DNA of 64,000 nt from Cyanophora paradoxa CCMP329 (taxonomy: Eukaryota; Plantae; Glaucophyta). The notes under the pieces are model-generated. The model ran no database searches and had not been told where the DNA came from. It saw only the letters and a program-made list of their open reading frames with translations. A program made the translations under genes and the position numbers. This document shows positions 25,428-35,731 of the stretch, piece after piece (within the stretch, counting starts at the first letter, position 1; every line of letters begins with the position of its first letter). The stretch lies in the NCBI GenBank assembly GCA_004431415.1, contig QPMI01000220.1:131090-195089 (forward strand). The letters are read 5' to 3'.

Positions 25428-26614
25428 TAGTAGTAGCTGCTAATTTAATTTTGAAGTCGACTCTCACTGTTGCTAGGGATCTAGGAGCGCATTCTGGTCC
25501 AAAATTAATACAGCAATTGGGTTGGGAATTATGTGTTGTGTGATGGCGCAGCGAGGGGGGCAGCGGGCTAGGCGACAGATAGCAGTAATGGAGGTTGCAT
25601 GCTACTGAACACGATACATTAGGCGGCGTCTAGCCCCGTCACCATCGGTTTTCGACCACTGCGGGCGCGGGATTCGCGGCGCGGGATCGGCAAGACAGCT
25701 ACACGAGTGCTAGGGAATCGGCGCGCATAGGTCCTTTTTGCTAGCGGATCCCCGCTGCGCGCCCGCGCGCCAAGGTCCCGCGCGCCCGCTTGCGGAGGGG
25801 GGGGACAGCGATTCCGTCATGCAGTCCGCGCTGCTAGCGCTCTGGTCGCGTTATGCATGCGCGGTACAGCGCAACGATTGCGTTGTGTACCGCTTCGGGT
25901 CCTCCGCGCTGCCGCCGCCGCGCCAGCGCCGGTTTTGGGCTGCCCAAAACCGGGGGGACAGCGTTACGAGGCACCAGCTCCAGCCACACATCGCCCGGTG
26001 TGCGAAACGCTCGAGCGCGTCGCACTCCCCAGGCGCCGCCGCTGTATCTGGCGCCTCCATCTGGCCCCGCTCGCCGCCGCAGTACACGCCGCACATCGCG
26101 GCACATGTACAGCTACTGCTATAGGTCCGTGGCTCACTTTGCATCGTGCTCGGTTCGCTCACCGCGGGCGATCCGGCGCGGCGCATCTGGCGGTTCGTCG
26201 CCCTCGCGCCGCCGCCGCATGTCAATGCGATCCCGTGCGCGCTCCATCACGAGCCGAAAAGCCGGCGCTGAGGTCTGCACACGCCCGCGCCGCCCCCTGC
26301 GCCGAGCGCCGACCGCGGCCTGCCCGCGCTCATTTGCGCAGGGCGATCTCCGTTACCGCGCGTGCTCTGGGGGCACCTCGCCGTCGACGCATGGGACTCA
26401 ATGGCTGCTGGCGTCTTGCGCAGTCAGAGCCAGGATCGCCGACGAGCTGCAGCATGCCGCCCCCATGCCCTGCGCGCGCGCGCTTCGCCACAACCACGTA
26501 TCCGCGGTGCGCGGGCCAGCCGCCTTTGCCCGCTCTTTGATATTCAATCGGAGGGTCTTTTTGAGCGTGGCGTCAGCCACGCTGGACGCCGCTCGCGCAG
26601 GGATCCCGCCCCCC

Positions 26615-27745
26615 GCCGCCCCGCCAACCACGTACCCCGGTACGAGGCCCGGCCCGCGCCCCCGGCCCTGGCTCTGCCGGGCGGGCCTTAGTGCCGCGCC
26701 CGGTGGGCCGCCGAATCGCTTGGGAGACGGCGCTGAACGCTGCTCCCGCAGGGCCCCCGCCCCACACCCCGGCTCTCCGTCGCCCCGCCAACCACGTACC
26801 CCGGTACGAGGCCCGGCCCGCGCCCCCGGCCCTGGCTCTGCCGGGCGGGGCTCTAGTGCCGCGCCCGGAGGGCCGCCGAATCGCTTGGGAGGCGGCGCTG
26901 AACGCTGCTCCCGCAGGGACCCCGCCCCCCGCCTCCCCGCCCCCCCGCCAACCACGTACCCCGGTACGAGGCCCGGCCCGCGCCCCCGGCCCTGGTTCTG
27001 CCTGGCGGGGTCCTAGAACCGCGCCCAGACGGCCGCCGAATCGCTTGGGAGACGGCGCTGAACGCTGCTTCCGCAGGGCCCCCGCCCCCCGCCTCCCCGC
27101 CCCCCCGCCAACCACGTACCCCGGTGCGAGGCCCGGCCCGCGCCCCCGGCCCTGGCTCTGCCAGGCGGGGCCCTAGTACCGCGCCCAGACGGCCGCCAAA
27201 TCGATTTGGAGGCGGCGCTGAACGCTGCTCCCGTAGGGCCCCCGCCCCACACCCCGGCTCTCCGTCGCCCCGCCAACCACGTACCCCGGTACGAGGCCCG
27301 GCCCGCGCCCCCGGCCCTGGCGATGCCTGGAGGGGCCCTAATATCGCGCCCGTAGGGCTGCCGAATCGCTTGGGAGGCGGCGCTGAACGCTGCTCCCGCA
27401 GGGCCCCCGCCCCCCGCCCCCGCCCCCCCGCCAACCACGTACCCCGGTACGAGGCCCGGCCCGCGCCCCCGGCCCTGGCTCTGCCGGGCGGGGCCTTAGT
27501 GCCGCGCCCGGTGGGCCGCCGAATCGCTTGGGAGGCGGCGCTGAACGCTGCTCCCGCAGGGCCCCCGCCCCACACCCCGGCTCTCCGTCGCCCCGCCAAC
27601 CACGTACCCCGGTACGAGGCCCGGCCCCCGCCCCCGGCCCTGGCGCTGCCTGGCGGGGCCCTAGTAACGCGCCCGGAGGGCTGCCGAATCGCTTGGGAGG
27701 CGGCGCTGAACGCGGTTTCCGCAGGGACCCCGCCCCCCGCCCTGG
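26615..27745 (+). repeat. Tandem array of ~160-bp GC-rich units (7 copies) in the left foldback arm
   Basis: The anchor CCAACCACGTACCCCGGT(A/G)CGAGGCCCGGCCC recurs near 26625, 26788, 26948, 27108, 27273, 27431 and 27596. Confidence 0.9.
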
Positions 27746-28489
27746 TTTGGGCGCCCCCAAAACCGGGACTGACGCTGCACGTGTGCGTGTGAGAACATAA
27801 ATTGTAGTGGTCCGACGGTCGCGCTAGCACTACGGTCGGTAAATTGAATCTCGCCGAGTCGAGCTCGCCGTCGAAGTAACCAATATCGATGATCCAGGGC
27901 CCGCACGTCTTAAATGTCAGTAGGGCCTGGCATGCGCGGGCCCCGGGGCTGTCGACTCGCCGAGTCGGCGAGTTAATAATTCCTAGGTACACGCCGTGAC
28001 GTGATCTTCACGCGAGTCATGATCATGATCATGATCAGTGAAAGAGCTGCCAGGCTGTACAGCCATGGCCAGCGCCTGTACAGCTGTACGTACACTGCTG
28101 CCCAGCTCATGATCAGCGGCTGATCATGATCATGACAGCTCATGATTAGCTGTACATGTTTTCAGATTTTCAAGCCTGATATCGATCATGAAGCTCACTT
28201 CAAGGCTTCAGCTGTTTCGAATTCAAGTTTTACATCATGATCAAGAACACGCGTACGTGCACTGCGGCACTAGCTATAGCTATAGTTCTCAGAGTCTGAC
28301 CATTCAATGATTCAAGTGATTAATATATTGATCCGATGATGGATATCCCGGAGAGTCCGATTCAATGATTATAATCCGATGATCATGATCATGATGAAAT
28401 TATTCAATGATATATAATTAATACAATATCATGCATGCGCTATTTGGGTATTTCCCGGCATTGCAATTGCTTAAAATCGCCGCGGTATT

Positions 28490-28720
28490 TTGCGGCATCT
28501 CGCGCCAATCGAATGATTCGCGGCTCTTCGCGGCATCTCGCGGCAACTCGCGGCATTCCGCGGCATCCCGCGGCATCCCGCGGCATCCCGCGGCATCCGC
28601 GGCATCCCGCGGCATCCCGCGGCAACTTGCGGTTTCCGCGAGAAATCGCGGCAATCCAATTATCCGCGATTTATCGCGGCAACTCGCGGCAACTCAGAAC
28701 TCGCGGCAAGTTGCGGCAAT
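28490..28720 (+). repeat. ~10-bp minisatellite (CGGCATCCCG / CGGCAACTCG) in the foldback spacer
   Basis: About 15-20 degenerate copies, bracketed by an 11-bp inverted repeat TATTCAATGAT (28401-28411) / ATCATTGAATA (28719-28729). Confidence 0.8.
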
Positions 28721-29314
28721 CATTGAATAGGCGGCATTGAGGGATCAACGGCAGGCGTTTCATGTTCACTGAGTGAGTGATCATGATCCTGATCATGATC
28801 ATGAGTAAATGATCATGATACAAAAAATCAGCCGCCGGGCCGCTGAGCGCAGCGTTGAAGCGTTGAAGTTTGAAGCTTTAAAGCTTATTTATCACGCACT
28901 GCGGCAGTTCAAGATCAATCAATCATTGAATATTACAAGATATCGATAATCAGATGATGATCAAGATCTAAAGCCCGCGCCGAACCCCATGGCCAGGCCT
29001 AGGCCCGGCCGCGGGCCCTTAAGCTTGCAAGTATGTCGACATCCGACAAGTAAGCTTGCACTCATCCTTGCAATACATAGCCATCCTTGCAAGTATCATA
29101 GTATGTCAACATACTAGGTCGAGAGCTTGGTACAAATTAAAACCTCAATAAACATGTCGCAGTGCCACGCTTCCTGTCGCAGTTCTCGACTAATGGCTAT
29201 GAAAGGCCGCTGCAGGCCGCTGCCACGCAGTGCCACGATGGCTATGAAAGGCCGCTGCATGCGCTCCGCGCGCCCGTCACAGCGTCAGCCCCCGGTTTTG
29301 GGGGCGCCCAAACC

Positions 29315-30370
29315 AGGGCGGGGGCGGGGTCCCTGCGGAAACCGCGTTCAGCGCCGCCTCCCAAGCGATTCGGCAGCCCTCCAGGGGCCGTGGTTGGCGG
29401 GGGGCGGGGAGGCGGGGGCGGGGCCCTGCGGAAGCAGCGTTAGCGCCGTCTCCCAAGCGATTTGGCGGCCGTCTGGGCGCGATACTAGGGCCTCGCCCGG
29501 CAGAGCCAGGGCCGGGGGCGCGGGCCGGGCCTCGTACCGGGGTACGTGGTTGGCGGGGGGGCGGGGGGCGGGGGGCGGGGGCCCTGCGGGAGCAGCGTTC
29601 AGCGCCGCCTCCCAAGCGATTCGGCAGCCCTACGGGCGCGATATTAGGGCCCCTCCAGGCATCGCCAGGGCCGGGGGCGCGGGCCGGGCCTCGTACCGGG
29701 GTACGTGGTTGGCGGGGCGACGGAGAGCCGGGGTGTGGGGCGGGGGCCCTACGGGAGCAGCGTTCAGCGCCGCCTCCAAATCGATTTGGCGGCCGTCTGG
29801 GCGCGGTACTAGGGCCCCGCCTGGCAGAGCCAGGGCCGGGGGCGCGGGCCGGGCCTCGCACCGGGGTACGTGGTTGGCGGGGGGCGGGAGGCGGGGGCGG
29901 GGGCCCTGCGGAAGCAGCGTTCAGCGCCGTCTCCCAAGCGATTCGGCGGCCGTCTGGGCGCGGTTCTAGGACCCCGCCAGGCAGAACCAGGGCCGGGGGC
30001 GCGGGCCGGGCCTCGTACCGGGGTACGTGGTTGGCGGGGGGGCGGGGAGGCGGGGGGCGGGTCCCTGCGGGAGCAGCGTTCAGCGCCGCCTCCCAAGCGA
30101 TTCGGCGGCCCTCCGGGCGCGGCACTAGAGCCCCGCCCGGCAGAGCCAGGGCCGGGGCGCGGGCCGGGCCTCGTACCGGGGTACGTGGTTGGCGGGGCGA
30201 CGGAGAGCCGGGGTGTGGGGCGGGGCCCTGCGGAGCAGCGTTCAGCGCCGCCTCCCAAGCGATTCGGCGCCCACCGGGCGCGGCACTAAGGCCCCGCCCG
30301 GCAGAGCCAGGGCCGGGGCGCGGGCCGGGCCTCGTACCGGGGTACGTGGTTGGCGGGGCGGCGGGGGCGG
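29315..30370 (-). repeat. Tandem array of ~160-bp units (6 full, 1 internally deleted) in the right foldback arm
   Basis: GGTACGTGGTTGGCGG near 29541, 29700, 29865, 30022, 30180 and 30341, plus a partial copy near 29388. Confidence 0.9.
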
Positions 30371-31652
30371 GATCCCTGCGCGAGCGGCGTCCAGCGTGGC
30401 TGACGCCACGCTCAAAAAGACCCTCCGATTGAATATCAAAGAGCGGGCAAAGGCGGCTGGCCCGCGCACCGCGGATACGTGGTTGTGGCGAAGCGCGCGC
30501 GCGCAGGGCATGGAGGCGGCATGCTGCAGCTCGTCGGCGATCCTGGCTCTGACTGCGCAAGACGCCAGCAGCCATTGAGTCCCATGCGTCGACGGCGAGG
30601 TGCCCCAGAGCACGCGCGGTAACGGAGATCGCCCTGCGCAAATGAGCGCGGGCAGGCCGCGGTCGGCGCTCGGCGCAGGGGCGGCGCGGGCGTGTGCAGA
30701 CCTCGGCGCCGGCTTTTCGGCTCGTGATGGAGCGCGCACGGGATCGCGTTGACATGCGGCGGCGGCGCGAGGGCGACGAACCGCCAGATGCGCCGCGCCG
30801 GATCGCCCGCGGTGAGCGAACCGAGCACGATGCAAAGTGAGCCACGGACCTATAGCAGTAGCTGTACATGTGCCGCGATGTGCGGCGTGTACTGCGGCGG
30901 CGAGCGGGGCCAGATGGAGGCGCCAGATATAGCGGCGGCGCCTGGGGAGTGCGACGCGCTCGAGCGTTTCGCACACCGGGCGATGTGTGGCTGGAGCTGG
31001 TGCCTCGTAACGCTGTCCCCCCGGTTTTGGGCAGCCCCAAAACCGGCGCTGGCGCGGCGGCGGCAGCGCGGAGGACCCGAAGCGGTACACAGCGCAATCG
31101 TTGCGCTGTACCGCGCATGCATAACGCGACCAGAGCGCTAGCAGCGCGGACTGCATGACGGAATCGCTGTCCCCCCCTCCGCAAGCGGGCGCGCGGGACC
31201 TTGGCGCGCGGGCGCGCAGCGGGGATCCGCTAGCAAAAAGGACCTATGCGCGCCGATTCCCTAGCACTCGTGTAGCTGTCTTGCCGATCCCGCGCCGCGA
31301 ATCCCGCGCCCGCAGTGGTCGAAAACCGATGGTGACGGGGCTAGACGCCGCCTAATGTATCGTGTTCAGTAGCATGCAACCTCCATTACTGCTATCTGTC
31401 GCCTAGCCCGCTGCCCCCCTCGCTGCGCCATCACACAACACATAATTCCCAACCCAATTGCTGTATTAATTTTGGACCAGAATGCGCTCTAGTGTCCCTG
31501 ATACACTGTCTCTCAGAGTCTAACGAGAATTCCGAAGTTCAACGCGTTGTTCCATGTTCAAGTCGACGAGATCGAGCATGCGGTGCCATCACTGCCATGC
31601 GCATGCCATGCATACTATCATAGTATGATATGGTGCATTATAGCCTAGTAGT

Positions 31653-31767
31653 AGAGTCCAGAGTCCAGACTCCAGAGTCCAGACTCGGCCCGGCGGAGTC
31701 CAGACTCCAGACTCCAGAGTCCAGACTCCAGACTCCAGACTCCGGATCCAGAGTCCAGACTCCAGAC
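31653..31767 (+). repeat. 7-bp minisatellite (TCCAGAS)n
   Basis: About 14 copies of TCCAGAC/TCCAGAG, directly abutting the MITE at 31776. Confidence 0.85.
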
Positions 31768-31775
31768 GTACTGTA

Positions 31776-32034
31776 CCGTAAAACACTTAAGTAATGCGCC
31801 GGTAAGTAATGCGTTTTTGGACCCGGACCCCCAGTACGGTTAATTATGCGCCCCCGAATTAATGCGTTTTGAAGCCTCCTGGCTGCGTGAGGGGGGTACA
31901 TACCGCAGTTTTCTAAGCGCCGGCTTAGCGCTTCGATATTAATGCGGTCCCGAAATAATGCGTTTTGCCAGCGGAAAACGCATTATTTCGGGACCGCATT
32001 ACTTAAGTGCCCGCATTACTTAAGTGTTTTACGG
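31776..32034. mobile_element. 259-bp Tc1/mariner (pogo/Tc2-like) MITE
   Basis: Perfect 23-bp TIR CCGTAAAACACTTAAGTAATGCG / CGCATTACTTAAGTGTTTTACGG. TA on both sides (31774-31775, 32035-32036). Internal TAATGCG repeats. Confidence 0.9.
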
Positions 32035-32452
32035 TACGTCGACTCCGATCCAGCCTGGCACTGGCTGGCAGATCTAGATACTATGATATACCGTATATAG
32101 CAGGATTAACTGAATCAGTACTAGCTATACCGGTACGGTGGACCAGTGGTGAGGCACGGCCGTGGGTAGCCTAGTAGCTCAGCTACTAGCGCTCTGAGCA
32201 GCAGACTGAGCTCTTTCTTCCACACCTACTACTAGGCTGCGAGTACCAATACGGAGGTATATCGGTACATTGACCATACAAGAGACGTTCCCCGGGTTCC
32301 CCTGCAGCCTGGAACTTCCCCCTGGCGGCCTGGGCCTGGCCGGGCGCCGCGCCGCCGCGGCCGCGGCCGGACCTATCCGAGCAAATGTTTTTTTCTCGGG
32401 AAGCGCTCTGAGCTCTTTCTTCCACACCTACTAGTAGCCTAGTAGGCTACTA

Positions 32453-33548
32453 CTGTAGGATGGCTTTTTTAGCCGTACTTTTAAATTGCCGTATATTGCC
32501 GAGACGCCAAATTCGGCAATTTAGAGCCGCGGCAATTCTCAGGGGGTAGGGCTAAACGGCCGCTTTTGTATGGCGCCACAGAAGAAATCCAGAGTTTCGG
32601 CAATTTATCGCCACGGCAATTCCGGTTTTGGCCGAATTCGGCAATTTTTTTTTTTTTTGAGAGACTACGGTGGGGCGAACCCCCCGTAGGTAGTGATATT
32701 AAAGACAACAAAGCAATCACAAATCAAAGATACAGTAAACTAGCACAAAATATATACAGAATCAAGAGGGATCACGAGAAGGGACACGATCAGAAGAACG
32801 CAAAAGATAAGGAGAACGAGCACGAGGAGAAGGAGTAGAAGAGCTCAAGGGCGTCGATGCAGAAGTACTAGTCACACTAGAACGACGAGGAGCACGGGGA
32901 CGCAGCAAATAAGGAGAACGAGCACGAGGAACTACAGTCGAAGACGAAGATCTAGACGAAGACGACAAGACAGAGCTAACAGCAGAACTAGAAGACGTAG
33001 TCGCAGGAGGCAAAGGCGGTAGAACAGTAGGAGAGGCGAAACGTAGGACACCACTAGAGGGGAAAGTCGAAGCTGGCGGAGTGTCTAAACGGAATCGAGA
33101 TTGTAGAGTTGGTAAAACAATGGACGGCTGAAGACTAATCTGAGGAACTGGGGACGACACGAGGAAAGGGGCAGAGCTCGGGTGCAGACTCGGAATCGGC
33201 AGTATAAGAGGAGGGGCGAAACGCAAGCCAGTAGTGACAGGGAAGGCAGACGATGGGGTTGAACCAGGCGGGAGAGGCAAATATAGCGAAGTAGAAGAGA
33301 GAGAAGGGTACACACGAGGAACGTCACCATACACAAAATACTCGCTGCCAAAAACTATACGGTCTGACGGTCGCTGAAGATAAAGAGGCGGAACTGCCTG
33401 AGGGCTAACAGTGAGAGATGGAGGAGGAAGAGGCAGAGCTAACGACAAAGGGAACGGAATCAAAGGTACAGGGAAGGCATGGAATACACGAGGAACTGGA
33501 AGGTGGAGGGGGCAATTTAACTACACGGCAATTTAAGCCATCCTACAG
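32453..33548. mobile_element. Tc1/mariner-like MITE (about 225 bp), interrupted by a LINE insertion
   Basis: 14-bp TIR CTGTAGGATGGCTT (32453) / AAGCCATCCTACAG (33535-33548). TA at left, CA at right. CGGCAATT motifs continue on both sides of the LINE. Confidence 0.75.
32645..33510 (-). mobile_element. 5'-truncated LINE 3' end, copy 2, inserted in the MITE
   Basis: Poly(T) plus GAGAGACTACGGTGGGGCGAACCCCCCGTAG at left. TSD GGCAATTT (32640-32647, 33511-33518). A Pro/Ser-rich reading frame is open from the truncation point to the stop at 32762. Confidence 0.85.
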
Positions 33549-35731
33549 CAGTACCTGATATATACTTATACGCAGTGCTGTCATCATCGCGATGCATTAG
33601 CTATAGTGTGAAATGCCCTGGTAAACGATTCTGATCGCGGGAAGACGTCATGATCGATCATGATGCATAATTGCAAGGGGGGAAAAGAAGACCGAAGGTC
33701 TTCCCCCCCTTGCTTCCCGTTCCCTCGCTTCAGCCAAAAGTTTTCTATGAGGCCGTTTTCGAGGTCCAGTATGCAACGAAATTGTATTCTATTCTTTTTC
33801 CGATTGGATCGGTGGACCGGTCAGCTCTCGACTTTCGAGCGTCGAATTCGAGGGGAAAAACCGGTTTTCGAGGGGAAAACTACCTTCTCTCTAACTCCGG
33901 TCTTCGAATTCCTTGCGCGGTTCTGCATGGAACCAGTTCTCCCTAGCTGTCTGAGTCGGTGCACGGGCCGGCCCGGCCGGGCCCGGCTGCGGGGATTTGC
34001 AATTGGCGGCGGGGAAAACCGGGGGAATCCCGGGGGCCGGGAGGCCCGGGACTCGGGAGGCCCGGGACCCGGATCCATGACGGGACGTCACGGGATCCCC
34101 GGACTCGTGACGGGAGTCACGGCCCCGGTCATGATCATGATCAGGCTTACGGCAATTTTGAAGTTACCGAAGTTACCGAAGTTACCGTACGGTAGGGTTG
34201 GCAGCTTGAAATTTCAAGCCATTGAAATTGCATTGAAATTGAAAATTCAATTCAATTTCAACGCCGCCCGTTGAAATTGCATTAGCCCTGCCAATTCGGG
34301 CGAAGCCTCTTCCGTTGGTCGATGGCCAACTCCCGAAATTATTGTCGGATTTGAACCGGCGTTGTTTTCACTGAACCTCCACGAACCTCCGTGCTGTCCT
34401 CCTGTCGAAGCTGGCGGAGTGTCTAAACGGAATCGAGATTGTAGAGTTGGTAAAACAATGGACGGCTGAAGACTAATCTGAGGAACTGGGGACGACACGA
34501 GGAAAGGGGCAGAGCTCGGGTGCAGACTCGGAATCGGCAGTATAAGAGGAGGGGCGAAACGCAAGCCAGTAGTGACAGGGAAGGCAGACGATGGGGTTGA
34601 ACCAGGCGGGAGAGGCAAATATAGCGAAGTAGAAGAGAGAGAAGGGTACACACGAGGAACGTCACCATACACAAAATACTCGCTGCCAAAAACTATACGG
34701 TCTGACGGTCGCTGAAGATAAAGAGGCGGAACTGCCTGAGGGCTAACAGTGAGAGATGGAGGAGGAAGAGGCAGAGCTAACGACAAAGGGAACGGAATCA
34801 AAGGTACAGGGAAGGCATGGAATACACGAGGAACTGGAAGGTGGAGGGGGCAATTTAACTACACGGCAATTTAAGCCATCCTACAGCAGTACCTGATATA
34901 TACTTATACGCAGTGCTGTCATCATCGCGATGCATTAGCTATAGTGTGAAATGCCCTGGTAAACGATTCTGATCGCGGGAAGACGTCATGATCGATCATG
35001 ATGCATAATTGCAAGGGGGAAAAGAAGACCGAAGGTCTTCCCCCCTTGCTTCCCGTTCCCTCGCTTCAGCCAAAAGTTTTCTATGAGGCCGTTTTCGAGG
35101 TCCAGTATGCAACGAAATTGTATTCTATTCTTTTTCCGATTGGATCGGTGGACCGGTCAGCTCTCGACTTTCGAGCGTCGAATTCGAGGGGAAAAACCGG
35201 TTTTCGAGGGAAAACTACCTTCTCTCTAACTCCGGTCTTCGAATTCCTTGCGCGGTTCTGCATGGAACCAGTTCTCCCTAGCTGTCTGAGTCGGTGCACG
35301 GGCCGGCCCGGCCGGGCCCGGCTGCGGGGATTTGCAATTGGCGGCGGGGAAAACCGGGGGAATCCCGGGGGCCGGGAGGCCCGGGACTCGGGAGGCCCGG
35401 GACCCGGATCCATGACGGGACGTCACGGGATCCCCGGACTCGTGACGGGAGTCACGGCCCCGGTCATGATCATGATCAGGCTTACGGCAATTTTGAAGTT
35501 ACCGAAGTTACCGAAGTTACCGTACGGTAGGGTTGGCAGCTTGAAATTTCAAGCCATTGAAATTGCATTGAAATTGAAAATTCAATTCAATTTCAACGCC
35601 GCCCGTTGAAATTGCATTAGCCCTGCCAATTCGGGCGAAGCCTCTTCCGTTGGTCGATGGCCAACTCCCGAAATTATTGTCGGATTTGAACCGGCGTTGT
35701 TTTCACTGAACCTCCACGAACCTCCGTGCTG
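33066..35731 (+). repeat. Near-perfect 1.33-kb tandem duplication (33066-34396 and 34404-35731) with a 7-nt filler TCCTCCT
   Basis: Both copies start GTCGAAGCTGGCGGAG and end GAACCTCCGTGCTG. The only differences I noticed are three 1-nt homopolymer indels. Confidence 0.9.

Larger units (their letters stand above)
25485..31489. mobile_element. 6.0-kb non-autonomous foldback DNA transposon with about 2.2-2.3-kb TIRs and a 3-bp TAG TSD (PIF/Harbinger-like ends)
   Basis: Left arm 25485-27777 (GAGCGCATTCTGGTCCAAAATTAATAC...) is the reverse complement of right arm 29280-31489 (...GTATTAATTTTGGACCAGAATGCGCTC). TAG lies immediately outside both ends (25482-25484, 31490-31492). The spacer is 1.5 kb and non-coding. 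Confidence 0.85.

Noticed and set aside
26615-30370. ~160-bp repeat arrays as a CRISPR array
   Set aside because: Whole units are homologous, with no unique spacers. There are no cas genes and the context is eukaryotic.
25738-31184. Long Pro/Arg/Gly/Ala ORFs (387, 379, 635 aa) in the foldback arms as real genes or a transposase
   Set aside because: These are stop-poor GC-rich repeat translations. Frames differ between the two arms and there is no DDE or other recognisable motif.
31653-31767. (TCCAGAS)n as an interstitial telomere repeat
   Set aside because: It lacks the G-run/TnAGGG pattern and looks like an ordinary minisatellite.
24846-33510. The two oppositely oriented LINE copies as outer arms of one bigger palindrome
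   Set aside because: Each has its own TSD and truncation point, and the DNA between them and the foldback arms is not symmetric. They are independent insertions.
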